From a phage, in the sequence record PQ724393.1: a stretch of DNA of 64,000 nt. One strand, written 5' to 3'. Below the pieces are notes generated by a model, which saw only the letters and a list, made by a program, of their open reading frames with translations, ran no database searches and was not told the origin of the DNA. The position numbers were made by a program, and so were the translations under genes. Below are positions 48,831 through 61,307 of the stretch, one piece after another; the first letter of the stretch is position 1; each line of letters starts with the position of its first letter.

Positions 48831-49604
48831 ATGGCTACTTTCGATTCGAGTTTATTCGCTAAGCTAGAAGATAATACTGGCTATGCTAACACGAACGAAA
48901 CTGAAATAATGAACCCTTTCGTCAACTTTTATCGCCATGAGAATACCCAAACCTTGGCTGATGCTTTAGTTGCTGAGTCTATTCAGATGCGTGGTATTGA
49001 GCTTTATTATATACCACGTGAATATGTTAAACCGGACCAGCTATTTGGCGAAGACCTTCAGAACAAATTTACTAAAGCCTGGAAGTTTGCAGGTTATTTG
49101 GATTCCTTTGAAGGTTATTCCGGTGACAATACTTATTTCAGTAAGTTCGGTATGATGGTTAATGATGAAGTAACAATCACAATTAACCCTAACCTTTTTA
49201 AACATCAATGCAATGGCACTGAACCTGTTTCAGGCGATTTGATTTATTTCCCAATGGATAATAGCTTATTTGAAATTAACTGGGTTCAACCTTATGACCC
49301 ATTCTATCAAGTGGGTGCTAACGTCCAGCGTCGAATCACTGCTACCAAGTTCATTTACAATGGTGAAGAACTTCGTCCTGAATTACAGAGAAATGAAGGT
49401 ATTAATATTCCTGAATTTAGTGAGCTTGATTTAATGCCTATTAAGAATATCGACGGATTGGCTGACGTCTCCGACATTCAATATGAAGAGGTCAATGAGA
49501 TTAATTCTGAAGCGGCGGAATTCGTACATCCTTATGTTGTGATTAATGGACGAGGAGAGGATGCTCCTCCTACAGCATTTGATGATGCTTTTTTAGATGA
49601 TTAA
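48831..49604 (+). CDS. 14: neck protein gp14
   Basis: size and position as T4 gp14. Confidence 0.85.
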   Translation: MATFDSSLFAKLEDNTGYANTNETEIMNPFVNFYRHENTQTLADALVAESIQMRGIELYYIPREYVKPDQLFGEDLQNKFTKAWKFAGYLDSFEGYSGDNTYFSKFGMMVNDEVTITINPNLFKHQCNGTEPVSGDLIYFPMDNSLFEINWVQPYDPFYQVGANVQRRITATKFIYNGEELRPELQRNEGINIPEFSELDLMPIKNIDGLADVSDIQYEEVNEINSEAAEFVHPYVVINGRGEDAPPTAFDDAFLDD

Positions 49605-49642
49605 ATAATACATGGCGCATGGTGCGCCATTTAGGAGGTTTG

Positions 49643-50505
49643 ATGTTTGGACATTGGTATAATAGTTCGCTACGTCGCTATATTGTTTTGATGGGTGATT
49701 TATTTTCCCATGTTCAAGTAGCACGTCAAAGAGAAGATACAGGACTTAAATTTATTAAGGTTCCTATTACATATGCTTCTAAAGAAAGATTTATGGCTAA
49801 CTTAGGTAAATGGACGGCAGTACAGAATATTCCAAACCCTAATATGACAGCTAAAGAACGGGCCGAACAAAAAGCTAAAGTGGAAACAGTTCTTCCGCGT
49901 ATGAACCTCCAAATGGTTGATATGCTTTACAACTCACAATATAAAACGGCCCTTCAAAACAGAACACAAATTCAATTTGAGAATGGCGACCCACGTAAGC
50001 GTGTCAGCCAATATTCTCCTACTCCGGTTAAAATGATTTTCGAACTGGGTATTTACACTAGAACCCAAGATGATATGTTCCAAATTGTAGAACAGATTAT
50101 GCCTTATTTCCAACCTCACTTCAATACAACTATCACTGAACTCTATACAAACGAAATTAAATTTGACCGTGATATCCGTATTGTGTTCCAATCTATAGCA
50201 ATGGATGAACAATTAGAAGGTGATACCACTTCTAGACGTCGCTTAGAGTGGTCTATGATGTTTGAGGTTAATGGTTGGTTATATCCTCCTGTGAAGGAAA
50301 TGGAAGGCGAAATTAAAACCATTTATCTTGATTTCTTTGCCAACTCAAAGGAACTCGCTCCTGAAGGTAATTTCGAATCGGTTGATAGCGAAGTGGTTCC
50401 TAGAGGTGTAGAAGAAAAAGAATGGGATGGAAGTTCTGTTCAAACATATTCACAAGATATTCCAGTGCCTGTCGAGCCAGCGCCTCCAGCACCAAGGAGA
50501 AACCC

Positions 50506-50509
<4 letters not shown>
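49643..50509 (+). CDS. 15: tail sheath stabiliser and completion protein gp15
   Basis: start at internal ATG (MFGHWYNSS) matching T4 gp15 N-terminus. Confidence 0.85.
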
Positions 50510-52819
<2,310 letters not shown>

Positions 52820-52848
52820 ACAATAAAGCATAACCAAGAGGATTCAAA

Positions 52849-54831
52849 ATGTCTTTATTATCACCGGGCATTGAGCTCAAAGAAACGTCCGTACAGAGTA
52901 CTGTCGTTCGTAACGCAACGGGTCGTGCAGCGCTGGTTGGTAAATTCCAGTGGGGCCCTGCTTTCCAGGTAACTCAAATTACTAACGAAGTTGAACTGGT
53001 GGATTTGTTTGGAGGTCCTAACAACGAAGTGGCAGATTATTTTATGTCTGGTATGAACTTCCTCCAATATGGTAACGACCTTCGTACTGTTCGTGTTGTT
53101 AACCGTGAATTCGCTAAAAACGCATCTCCTGTTGCAGGCAATATCGAAACCACTATTACTACGGCTGGTTCTAACTATGCAGTAGGCGATAAAATTAATA
53201 TCAAGCACAACCAAACTGTTGTTGAATCTGAAGGTCGTGTGACTTCTGTAGATACGGATGGTAAAATTCTTTCCGTGTTTATCCCATCAGCAAAAATTAT
53301 TGCTTATGCACGTTCTTTAAACCAGTATCCTACCCTGGGCCCGGCTTGGACGGCTGAAGTTACTTCCGCTTCTTCTGGTGTTTCCGGTACTATTACCGTA
53401 GGTAAAATTGTTACGGATTCAGGTATTCTTTTAACTGAAGCAGAGAACAGTGAAGAAGCTATTACTTCCCTGGAATTCCAAGCATCTCTTAAGAAATTTG
53501 CTATGCCAGGCGTAGTTGCTCTTTATCCAGGCGAAATTGGTTCCACCTTAGAAGTAGAAATCGTTTCCAAAGCCGCTTATGATGTTGGTTCTTCTAAAAT
53601 GCTGGATATTTATCCGGGCGGTGGTTCTCGTGCTTCTATTGCCAAGGCGGTATTTAATTACGGGCCACAAACAGATGACCAATACGCGATTATTGTTCGT
53701 CGTGATGGCGCTATCGTAGAATCTGTCGTACTTTCTACCAAAGAAGGTGAAAAAGACGTTTACGGTAATAACATTTATCTTGACGACTATTTCGCTAAAG
53801 GTACTTCTAACTATATTTTTGCTACCTCTTTGAACTGGCCTAAAGGCTTCAGCGGTATCATTAATCTGATGGGTGGTGTATCTGCTAACGATAAGGTTAC
53901 TGCGAGTGATTTGATGCAGGGTTGGGATTTGTTCGCCGACCGTGAAGCACTCCATATTAACCTTTTGATTGCCGGGGCCGTTGCCGGTGAAGGTGATGAA
54001 GTTGCTTCTACCGTCCAGAAACACGTTGTTAGTATTGCTGATGAACGTCAGGATTGCTTAGCATTTATTTCTCCTCCTAAAGGACTGTTGGTTAACGTTC
54101 CATTGACTCGTGCAGTAGATAATCTTATCGACTGGCGTACCGGTGCAGGTACTTTCGATACCAACAACATGAACATTAGCACCACTTATGCTGCTATTGA
54201 CGGTAACTATAAATATCAGTATGACAAATATAATGACGTAAACCGTTGGGTGCCTCTGGCCGCTGATATGGCTGGTTTGTGTGCGCGTACAGATGATGTT
54301 TCTCAGCCTTGGATGTCTCCGGCCGGTTATAACCGTGGTCAGATTCTTAACGTTCTGAAATTGGCAATTGAACCTCGTCAAGCTCAACGCGACCGCATGT
54401 ACCAAGAAGCTATTAACCCGGTTGTTGGTTTTGCTGGTGGCGATGGTTTCGTATTGTTTGGTGATAAGACTGCAACTAAAGTTCCATCTCCGATGGACCA
54501 TATTAACGTTCGCCGTCTGTTCAATATGCTTAAGAAAAATATCGGTGATGCCTCTAAATATAAACTGTTTGAATTGAACGATAACTTCACTCGTTCAAGC
54601 TTCCGTATGGAAGTTTCTCAGTACTTAGATGGTATTAAGGCACTTGGTGGGATTTATGAAGGACGTGTGGTTTGTGATACTACAGTGAACACCCCTGCGG
54701 TTATAGACCGTAATGAGTTTATTGCTAATATCTACGTTAAACCTTCTCGTTCTATTAACTACATCACGTTGAACTTCGTTGCAACGAGCACTGGTGCTGA
54801 TTTTGATGAATTGATTGGACCTTTAGTATAA
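52849..54831 (+). CDS. 18: tail sheath protein gp18
   Basis: 660 aa, colinear with T4 gp18. Confidence 0.95.
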   Translation: MSLLSPGIELKETSVQSTVVRNATGRAALVGKFQWGPAFQVTQITNEVELVDLFGGPNNEVADYFMSGMNFLQYGNDLRTVRVVNREFAKNASPVAGNIETTITTAGSNYAVGDKINIKHNQTVVESEGRVTSVDTDGKILSVFIPSAKIIAYARSLNQYPTLGPAWTAEVTSASSGVSGTITVGKIVTDSGILLTEAENSEEAITSLEFQASLKKFAMPGVVALYPGEIGSTLEVEIVSKAAYDVGSSKMLDIYPGGGSRASIAKAVFNYGPQTDDQYAIIVRRDGAIVESVVLSTKEGEKDVYGNNIYLDDYFAKGTSNYIFATSLNWPKGFSGIINLMGGVSANDKVTASDLMQGWDLFADREALHINLLIAGAVAGEGDEVASTVQKHVVSIADERQDCLAFISPPKGLLVNVPLTRAVDNLIDWRTGAGTFDTNNMNISTTYAAIDGNYKYQYDKYNDVNRWVPLAADMAGLCARTDDVSQPWMSPAGYNRGQILNVLKLAIEPRQAQRDRMYQEAINPVVGFAGGDGFVLFGDKTATKVPSPMDHINVRRLFNMLKKNIGDASKYKLFELNDNFTRSSFRMEVSQYLDGIKALGGIYEGRVVCDTTVNTPAVIDRNEFIANIYVKPSRSINYITLNFVATSTGADFDELIGPLV

Positions 54832-54849
54832 TCTATTATCCCAGGCTGT

Positions 54850-54920
54850 AATATAAAGAACCTAAAACCATTATACCATGAGTTTGGTTACAGCGTACAT
54901 CACGTAGAATTGCGCCTGGG
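54850..54920. other. structured intergenic element: 8-bp inverted repeat (TCCCAGGC / GCCTGGGA) enclosing a TGGTATAATGG promoter-like motif on the minus strand
   Basis: read directly; shares a 24-bp block with the element at 2629-2662. Confidence 0.4.
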
Positions 54921-54956
54921 ATTGATTAACTATCAGGAATATGATTTATCAACTGT

Positions 54957-54964
54957 TATAAATA
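54957..54964 (+). promoter_or_regulatory. late promoter TATAAATA for gene 19
   Basis: exact match; followed by GTTCCTGG-TGTG-TCCAGGAAC hairpin. Confidence 0.65.
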
Positions 54965-55016
54965 AATTAATCAGAATGTTCCTGGTGTGTCCAGGAACTG
55001 GCTTATGAGGCATCCC

Positions 55017-55508
55017 ATGGAGTTGACAGATATCACTCGTGCATTTGAATCAGGTGACTTTGCACGCCCTAACCTTTTCGAAGTGGAAATTCCATTTCTC
55101 GGTAAAAACTTTAGCTTTAAATGTAAAGCAGCACCTATGCCGGCAGGCATTGTAGAAAAAGTACCGGTTGGCTACATGAACCGTAAAATTAACGTAGCTG
55201 GTGACCGTACGTTTGATGATTGGACAATTACCATTTATAACGATGATGCACATGACACCCGTCAAGCAATTGTCGATTGGCAGAATCTCTGTCATGGTAT
55301 GACCAATGAAATTACCGGTGCAGCACCTGCAGAATATAAGAAACAAGCAGTAGTTCGCCAGTTCCATCGTGACGGCAAGACTGTGACCAAAGAAGTTACA
55401 ATTTACGGCTTATGGCCTACTAACGTTGGTGAAGTCCAGATGGATTGGGACAGCAACAACGAGGTAGAAACTTTCGAATCTACGTTCGCTATCGATTGGT
55501 GGGAATGA
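55017..55508 (+). CDS. 19: tail tube protein gp19
   Basis: start at internal ATG (MELTDITRAFESGDFARPNLF) matching T4 gp19. Confidence 0.93.
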   Translation: MELTDITRAFESGDFARPNLFEVEIPFLGKNFSFKCKAAPMPAGIVEKVPVGYMNRKINVAGDRTFDDWTITIYNDDAHDTRQAIVDWQNLCHGMTNEITGAAPAEYKKQAVVRQFHRDGKTVTKEVTIYGLWPTNVGEVQMDWDSNNEVETFESTFAIDWWE

Positions 55509-55509
55509 G

Positions 55510-55517
55510 TATAAATA
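55510..55517 (+). promoter_or_regulatory. late promoter TATAAATA for gene 20
   Basis: exact match; followed by GGAGC-TTCG-GCTCC hairpin in 5' UTR. Confidence 0.6.
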
Positions 55518-55565
55518 GAATTATCAAGGAGCTTCGGCTCCTTATCCCATTCATCGGAGACTCTA

Positions 55566-57140
55566 ATGGCAAACTTTAATACAATATTAAGTTTTCTTAA
55601 GCCTTGGGCTAAAGAAGATGAACAAGAATATAAGCAACAAATTAATAACAATTTAGAGTCTGTCACCGCACCTAAGCTTGATGATGGCGCTCGCGAAATT
55701 GAGACACAAGAGCAAAATATTCCTTATAATGCTCTTATGCAACAGATGTTTGGTAGTAATGAGCCTGAAGTTAAAAATACCAGGGAACTTATTGATACCT
55801 ACCGTAATTTAATGAACAACTATGAAGTCGACAACGCTGTACAGGAAATTGTGTCTGACGCTATTGTCTATGAGGATGATAAAGAAGTAGTTGCATTGAA
55901 TTTAGACGGGACAGAATTTAGTCAAGCAATTAAAGATAAAATCTTGGCCGAATTCAGTGAAGTTTTAAACCTTTTAAATTTCCAACGTAAAGGCACTGAC
56001 CATTTCCAACGCTGGTATGTAGACTCAAGAATTTTCTTTCATAAAATTATAAACCCTAAAAAAATGAAAGATGGCGTACAAGAGCTTCGTCGCTTAGACC
56101 CACGCCAAGTCCAGTATATTCGTGAAATCGTTACACGTATGGAAGATGGTGTTAAAGTTGTAGACGGATATCGCGAGTTTTTCGTTTATGATACAGGCCA
56201 TGAAAGTTATTGCGCTGATGGACGCATTTATTCGGCCGGGACTAAAGTTAAAATTCCTCGTGCTGCTGTGGTTTATGCACATTCCGGATTATTAGATTGT
56301 TGTGGTAAAAACATCATTGGCTATTTGCAACGTGCTATTAAGCCTGCAAACCAGCTTAAATTGATGGAAGACGCAATGGTCATCTACCGTATTACCCGTG
56401 CTCCTGACCGTCGTGTGTTTTATATAGATACAGGTAATATGCCTTCACGTAAGGCTGCAGCACAAATGCAACATATCATGAACACGATGAAAAACCGTGT
56501 TGTGTATGATGCTTCGACAGGTAAAATTAAAAACCAACAACACAATATGTCCATGACTGAAGACTATTGGTTGCAACGTCGTGATGGTAAAGCGGTAACA
56601 GAAGTTGATACAATGCCAGGTGCTACTGGTATGAGTGATATGGATGACGTTCTTTATTTCCGCACAGCACTTTATCGTGCGCTGCGTGTTCCTGAATCAC
56701 GTATCCCTAGCGAGTCTAATTCTGGTGTTATGTTTGATGCCGGTACAGCAATCACTCGTGACGAATTAAAATTCTCTAAATGGATTCGTCAACTACAAAA
56801 CAAATTTGAAGAAATTTTCCTAGACCCTTTAAAAACAAACCTCATTCTTAAAAAGATTATTACAGAAGATGAGTGGGAAAAGGAAATAAATAATATTAAA
56901 GTTACGTTTAACCGTGATAGCTATTTCAGTGAAATGAAAGATGCTGAAATCATGGAACGCAGAATCAATATGCTAACGATGGCTGAACCATTTATTGGTA
57001 AGTATATTTCACATCAAACGGCTATGAAAGATTTCCTCCAAATGACCGACGAAGAAATTAATCAAGAAGCTAAGCAAATTGAAGAAGAGTCTAAAGAGGC
57101 TCGTTTCCAAAACCCAGATGAAGAAGAAGAGGATTTCTAA
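55566..57140 (+). CDS. 20: portal vertex protein gp20
   Basis: 524 aa, as T4 gp20. Confidence 0.95.
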   Translation: MANFNTILSFLKPWAKEDEQEYKQQINNNLESVTAPKLDDGAREIETQEQNIPYNALMQQMFGSNEPEVKNTRELIDTYRNLMNNYEVDNAVQEIVSDAIVYEDDKEVVALNLDGTEFSQAIKDKILAEFSEVLNLLNFQRKGTDHFQRWYVDSRIFFHKIINPKKMKDGVQELRRLDPRQVQYIREIVTRMEDGVKVVDGYREFFVYDTGHESYCADGRIYSAGTKVKIPRAAVVYAHSGLLDCCGKNIIGYLQRAIKPANQLKLMEDAMVIYRITRAPDRRVFYIDTGNMPSRKAAAQMQHIMNTMKNRVVYDASTGKIKNQQHNMSMTEDYWLQRRDGKAVTEVDTMPGATGMSDMDDVLYFRTALYRALRVPESRIPSESNSGVMFDAGTAITRDELKFSKWIRQLQNKFEEIFLDPLKTNLILKKIITEDEWEKEINNIKVTFNRDSYFSEMKDAEIMERRINMLTMAEPFIGKYISHQTAMKDFLQMTDEEINQEAKQIEEESKEARFQNPDEEEEDF

Positions 57141-57385
57141 TGGAAGATTTAATCGAAGCTATTAAATCAAACGACCTCGTAGCAGTTCGTAAAGCAGCAG
57201 CCCCGCTTATCGAATCTCGAGTAACCGCTTTGATTGAAGCCCGTAAAGCAGAAATTGCTCGCTCCGTTATGATTGAAGGCGAAGAAGCTGACGAAGATGA
57301 CGAAGACGACGAAAAATCCGATAAAGCAGATAAGAAAGACAAAAAAGAATCTGACGATGCGGATGATGACGAGGACGACGAATAA
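57140..57385 (+). CDS. 67: prohead core protein gp67
   Basis: 81 aa with acidic C-terminus, as T4 gp67. Confidence 0.85.
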   Translation: MEDLIEAIKSNDLVAVRKAAAPLIESRVTALIEARKAEIARSVMIEGEEADEDDEDDEKSDKADKKDKKESDDADDDEDDE

Positions 57386-57813
57386 TGTTCCTTATCCCTG
57401 ATGATTACGAATTAACTCTAGAAAGTGTAGAGGCCAAAATTCCAGAAGCACAGGGACGTTTTGCTGCTCTTTCTGAAGCGCTCGAGAAAAGCGATATAAA
57501 TAATCTTGTAGAGAACATGATTGCTGAAGGCGATATCGAATGTGCTATCGCTCTTGGTTCTTTAAATGAATCAATGGCTCTTAACGAATTTATCGTTAAA
57601 CACGTTTCCTCTAAAGGTGAGCTTACTCGTACTAAAGATATTAAAACCCGTCAACGTAACGCATTCCAAACGACAGGGTTATCTAAAGCAAAACGCCGTC
57701 AGATTGCTCGTAAAGCATCTAAAACCAAACGTGCTAATCCATCTACTCAAGTGCGTGCTGAACGTAAGCGTAAGAAAGCCCGTTCTAAACGTAAAGCTTT
57801 TGGACTTAACTAA
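57385..57813 (+). CDS. 68: prohead core protein gp68
   Basis: 142 aa, basic C-terminus, as T4 gp68. Confidence 0.85.
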   Translation: MFLIPDDYELTLESVEAKIPEAQGRFAALSEALEKSDINNLVENMIAEGDIECAIALGSLNESMALNEFIVKHVSSKGELTRTKDIKTRQRNAFQTTGLSKAKRRQIARKASKTKRANPSTQVRAERKRKKARSKRKAFGLN

Positions 57814-58448
57814 TGAAACCTGAATTGCTCATCGAACATTGGGGACAACCAGGTGAAATTATCGATGGGGTTCCTATGTTGGAATCTCATGATGGAAAAA
57901 ATTCTGGGCTTGCTCCCGGCCTTTATATAGAAGGCATTTTCATGCAAGCAGAGGTAGTTAACCGTAATAAACGCCTTTACCCAAAACCTATTTTGGAAAA
58001 AGCCGTTGCCGATTATATGGCTGAACAGGTTGCTACTAAACAAGCTTTAGGAGAATTAAACCATCCACCTCGTGCTAACGTTGACCCTATGCAAGCTGCT
58101 ATCATTATTGAAGATATGTGGTGGAAAGGTAATGATGTTTATGGACGTGCACGTATCATCGAAGGTGACCATGGCCCGGGTGATAAACTAGCCGCAAATA
58201 TTCGAGCGGGTTGGGTTCCTGGTGTTAGTTCTCGTGGTCTTGGTTCTTTAACCGAAACCAATAAAGGATATAAGCGTGTAAACGAAGGTTATAAATTAAC
58301 CGTCGGTGTTGATGCAGTATGGGGACCATCTGCTCCTGATGCTTATGTAACTCCAAAGCAAATTACAGAATCACAAACGGTAGAAACCGATACCAGTGCC
58401 GATGACGCCTTTATGGCTCTCGCAGAGGCCATGAAAAAAGCGTTATAA
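57813..58448 (+). CDS. 21: prohead core scaffold protease gp21
   Basis: 211 aa; closely matches T4 gp21. Confidence 0.95.
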   Translation: MKPELLIEHWGQPGEIIDGVPMLESHDGKNSGLAPGLYIEGIFMQAEVVNRNKRLYPKPILEKAVADYMAEQVATKQALGELNHPPRANVDPMQAAIIIEDMWWKGNDVYGRARIIEGDHGPGDKLAANIRAGWVPGVSSRGLGSLTETNKGYKRVNEGYKLTVGVDAVWGPSAPDAYVTPKQITESQTVETDTSADDAFMALAEAMKKAL

Positions 58449-58452
58449 ATAT
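58445..58452 (+). promoter_or_regulatory. late promoter TATAAATA for gene 22
   Basis: exact match. Confidence 0.6.
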
Positions 58453-58478
58453 TATTATCTAAACAACAGGACTACAAA

Positions 58479-59294
58479 ATGCTTAAAGAACAACTGATCG
58501 CCGAAGCACAGAATATTGATGCTTCCGTTGCTCTTGACAGTATTTTCGAATCAGTTAATATTTCTCCGGAAGCAAAAGAAACTTTCGGCACTGTATTCGA
58601 AGCTACCGTCAAGCAACACGCCGTAAAACTGGCTGAATCTCACATCGCTAAAATCGCTGAAAAAGCGGAAGAAGAAGTCGAGAAAAATAAAGAAGAAGCT
58701 GAAGAAAAAGCCGATAAGAAAATCCAAGAAGCTGCCGGTCGTTTCCTTGACCACGTTGCTAAAGAATGGATGGCTGAAAACCAGCTGGCTGTTGATAAAG
58801 GTATTAAAGCCGAACTGTTCGAATCCATGTTGATGGGTATGAAAGAACTGTTTGTTGAACACAATGTGGTTGTTCCAGAAGAAGCAGTAGATGTTGTTGC
58901 TGAAATGGAAGAAGAACTCCAAGAGCAGAAAGATGAAACCGCTCGTCTGTTCGAAGAAGTTGGTAAGCGCGATGCGTATATTAATTACGTACAGCGTGAA
59001 GTTGCTGTTACGGAAGCAACTAAAGACCTGACTGAATCTCAAAAAGAAAAAGTTAGTTCTCTGGTAGAAGGCATGGATTATTCCGATGCATTCGGTAAAA
59101 AAATTGGCGCTATTGTTGAAATGGTTAAAGGTCAGTCTGACGTTGAAAACCCAATCACTGAAGCCGCTATAAATAAAAATGTAGACGATGCTGCGGCACT
59201 GAATTACATTTCAGAAGCAGTTGAAGAAAAAGGCGCTAAGCCTACCCTGTCCTTCGCGGACCTGTCTGCAATCGCAGCATCACGAATTTCTTAA
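58479..59294 (+). CDS. 22: prohead core scaffold protein gp22
   Basis: 271 aa, Glu/Ala-rich helical, as T4 gp22. Confidence 0.9.
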   Translation: MLKEQLIAEAQNIDASVALDSIFESVNISPEAKETFGTVFEATVKQHAVKLAESHIAKIAEKAEEEVEKNKEEAEEKADKKIQEAAGRFLDHVAKEWMAENQLAVDKGIKAELFESMLMGMKELFVEHNVVVPEEAVDVVAEMEEELQEQKDETARLFEEVGKRDAYINYVQREVAVTEATKDLTESQKEKVSSLVEGMDYSDAFGKKIGAIVEMVKGQSDVENPITEAAINKNVDDAAALNYISEAVEEKGAKPTLSFADLSAIAASRIS

Positions 59295-59315
59295 TTTAAT
59301 AAGGTTATACAACAC

Positions 59316-60875
59316 ATGAAAAAGAATGCATTAGTTCAAAAATGGTCCGCTCTGCTGGAAAACGAAGCCCTTCCTGAAATCGTGGGTGCTTCTAAACAAG
59401 CTATCATCGCTAAAATTTTCGAAAACCAGGAACAAGACATCCTGACTGCTCCGGAATACCGTGATGAAAAAATCTCTGAAGCATTTGGTTCTTTCCTGAC
59501 CGAAGCTGAAATTGGTGGTGACCACGGTTATGATGCTACCAATATCGCAGCTGGCCAGACTTCTGGTGCTGTAACTCAGATTGGGCCGGCAGTAATGGGT
59601 ATGGTTCGTCGTGCTATTCCTCATCTGATTGCTTTTGATATTTGTGGTGTTCAGCCTCTGAATAACCCTACCGGCCAGGTATTTGCCCTTCGTGCAGTTT
59701 ACGGTAAAGACCCTATCGCTGCTGGCGCTAAAGAAGCTTTCCATCCGATGTATTCTCCGGACGCTATGTTCTCTGGTCAGGGTGCTGCTAAATCTTTCGA
59801 AGCACTGGCCGCAAGCAAAGTTCTGGAAGTTGGTAAAATTTATTCCCACTTCTTCGAAGCTACCGGTGCTGCACACTTCCAGGCTGTTGAAGCTGTAACC
59901 GTTGATGCTGCTGCTACCGATGCCGCTAAACTGGATGCTGCTGTTACCGCTTTGATTGAAGCTGGTAAGTTGGCTGAATTGGCTGAAGGTATGGCTACTT
60001 CTATCGCTGAACTTCAGGAAGGCTTTAACGGTTCTCAGGATAACCCATGGAACGAAATGGGCTTCCGCATCGACAAACAAGTTATCGAAGCTAAATCCCG
60101 TCAGCTGAAAGCAAGCTACTCTATCGAACTGGCACAGGACCTTCGTGCAGTACACGGTATGGATGCAGATGCTGAACTGTCCGGTATCCTTGCTACCGAA
60201 ATTATGCTCGAAATCAACCGTGAAGTTATCGATTGGATTAACTACTCTGCACAGGTTGGTAAATCTGGTATGACCAACACCGTTGGCGCTAAAGCTGGTG
60301 TGTTTGACTTCCAGGACCCGATTGATATCCGTGGTGCTCGTTGGGCCGGTGAGAGCTTTAAAGCCCTTCTGTTCCAGATTGATAAAGAAGCAGCCGAAAT
60401 CGCTCGTCAGACCGGTCGTGGTGCTGGTAACTTCATCATCGCTTCCCGTAACGTAGTTAACGTACTGGCTGCAGTTGATACTTCTGTAAGTTATGCAGCT
60501 CAAGGTCTGGGTCAGGGTTTCAACGTTGACACAACCAAAGCAGTATTTGCCGGTGTTCTTGGTGGTAAATATCGTGTTTACATCGACCAGTATGCTCGTT
60601 CCGATTACTTCACCATCGGTTATAAAGGTTCCAACGAAATGGACGCAGGTATCTACTATGCTCCGTACGTTGCACTGACTCCGCTGCGTGGTTCCGATCC
60701 GAAGAACTTCCAACCGGTAATGGGCTTCAAAACTCGTTACGGTATCGGTATTAACCCGTTCGCTGACCCAGCTGCTCAGGCGCCTACCAAACGTATTCAG
60801 AATGGTATGCCTGACATCGTTAACAGCCTCGGTCTGAATGGTTACTTCCGTCGGGTTTATGTCAAAGGAATTTGA
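59316..60875 (+). CDS. 23: major capsid protein gp23
   Basis: 519 aa; very high similarity to T4 gp23 along whole length as recalled. Confidence 0.97.
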   Translation: MKKNALVQKWSALLENEALPEIVGASKQAIIAKIFENQEQDILTAPEYRDEKISEAFGSFLTEAEIGGDHGYDATNIAAGQTSGAVTQIGPAVMGMVRRAIPHLIAFDICGVQPLNNPTGQVFALRAVYGKDPIAAGAKEAFHPMYSPDAMFSGQGAAKSFEALAASKVLEVGKIYSHFFEATGAAHFQAVEAVTVDAAATDAAKLDAAVTALIEAGKLAELAEGMATSIAELQEGFNGSQDNPWNEMGFRIDKQVIEAKSRQLKASYSIELAQDLRAVHGMDADAELSGILATEIMLEINREVIDWINYSAQVGKSGMTNTVGAKAGVFDFQDPIDIRGARWAGESFKALLFQIDKEAAEIARQTGRGAGNFIIASRNVVNVLAAVDTSVSYAAQGLGQGFNVDTTKAVFAGVLGGKYRVYIDQYARSDYFTIGYKGSNEMDAGIYYAPYVALTPLRGSDPKNFQPVMGFKTRYGIGINPFADPAAQAPTKRIQNGMPDIVNSLGLNGYFRRVYVKGI

Positions 60876-60906
60876 TAACATAAGTTATTAATTCTTAAAA
60901 TTATTT

Positions 60907-60924
60907 GGGAGACTTCGGTCTCCC
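60907..60924 (+). terminator. hairpin terminator after gene 23 (possibly bidirectional)
   Basis: GGGAGAC-TTCG-GTCTCCC followed by T-rich tract. Confidence 0.6.
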
Positions 60925-60939
60925 ATTCTTGTTTCTATA

Positions 60940-61206
60940 CTATGCAATCTTAACACGACGGTTGATGATATCACGGAAGTCAATACGATTTTCTTGGATT
61001 TTCAGCCAGTTACCAGATTTGTCTTTGGTATGGGTAGAGTATTCACCGTTCCACCAGAAGTCGGTAGCATAAGCCATGGCTTCGTATTTCTTAACTAGTG
61101 CATTCACTGCATTACCGTTAGGATTGGAACCATATTTTTCTACCAGGGCTTTGATGTCTTTATCAAGAGCGGAAAGAGTAGTACGAATAAAGTTTAACTT
61201 GTTCAT
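60940..61206 (-). CDS. hypothetical small protein (about 88 aa) between genes 23 and 24
   Basis: start at ATG 61206 with GAGGAG RBS; driven by copy of repeated promoter element; no GIY-YIG or HNH motif. Confidence 0.5.
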   Translation of the reverse strand: MNKLNFIRTTLSALDKDIKALVEKYGSNPNGNAVNALVKKYEAMAYATDFWWNGEYSTHTKDKSGNWLKIQENRIDFRDIINRRVKIA

Positions 61207-61235
61207 TTTTAATCTCCTCATGTTTTGATAGGTCT

Positions 61236-61265
61236 ATAGTAACATGTGATAACCTTGCTGTAAAC
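61236..61265 (-). promoter_or_regulatory. repeated promoter-hairpin element (GTTTAC-N18-TACTAT)
   Basis: core TTGATAGGTCTATAGTAACA, only copy in the late region. Confidence 0.5.
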
Positions 61266-61271
61266 AACTTT

Positions 61272-61279
61272 TATAAATA
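61272..61279 (+). promoter_or_regulatory. late promoter TATAAATA for gene 24
   Basis: exact match. Confidence 0.65.
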
Positions 61280-61307
61280 AACATATACCCTCAATAAGGA
61301 AAGCGCA

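Noticed and set aside
59331-60881. 516-codon ORF on the minus strand exactly antisense to the major capsid gene 23
   Set aside because: Most likely a by-product of strong codon bias in a highly expressed gene (avoidance of sense codons whose complement is a stop). No promoter or RBS is apparent, and the sense gene is unquestionably gp23. Similar antisense ORFs opposite genes 12, 18 and 22 (45309-46106, 53548-54501, 58551-59042) are treated the same way.
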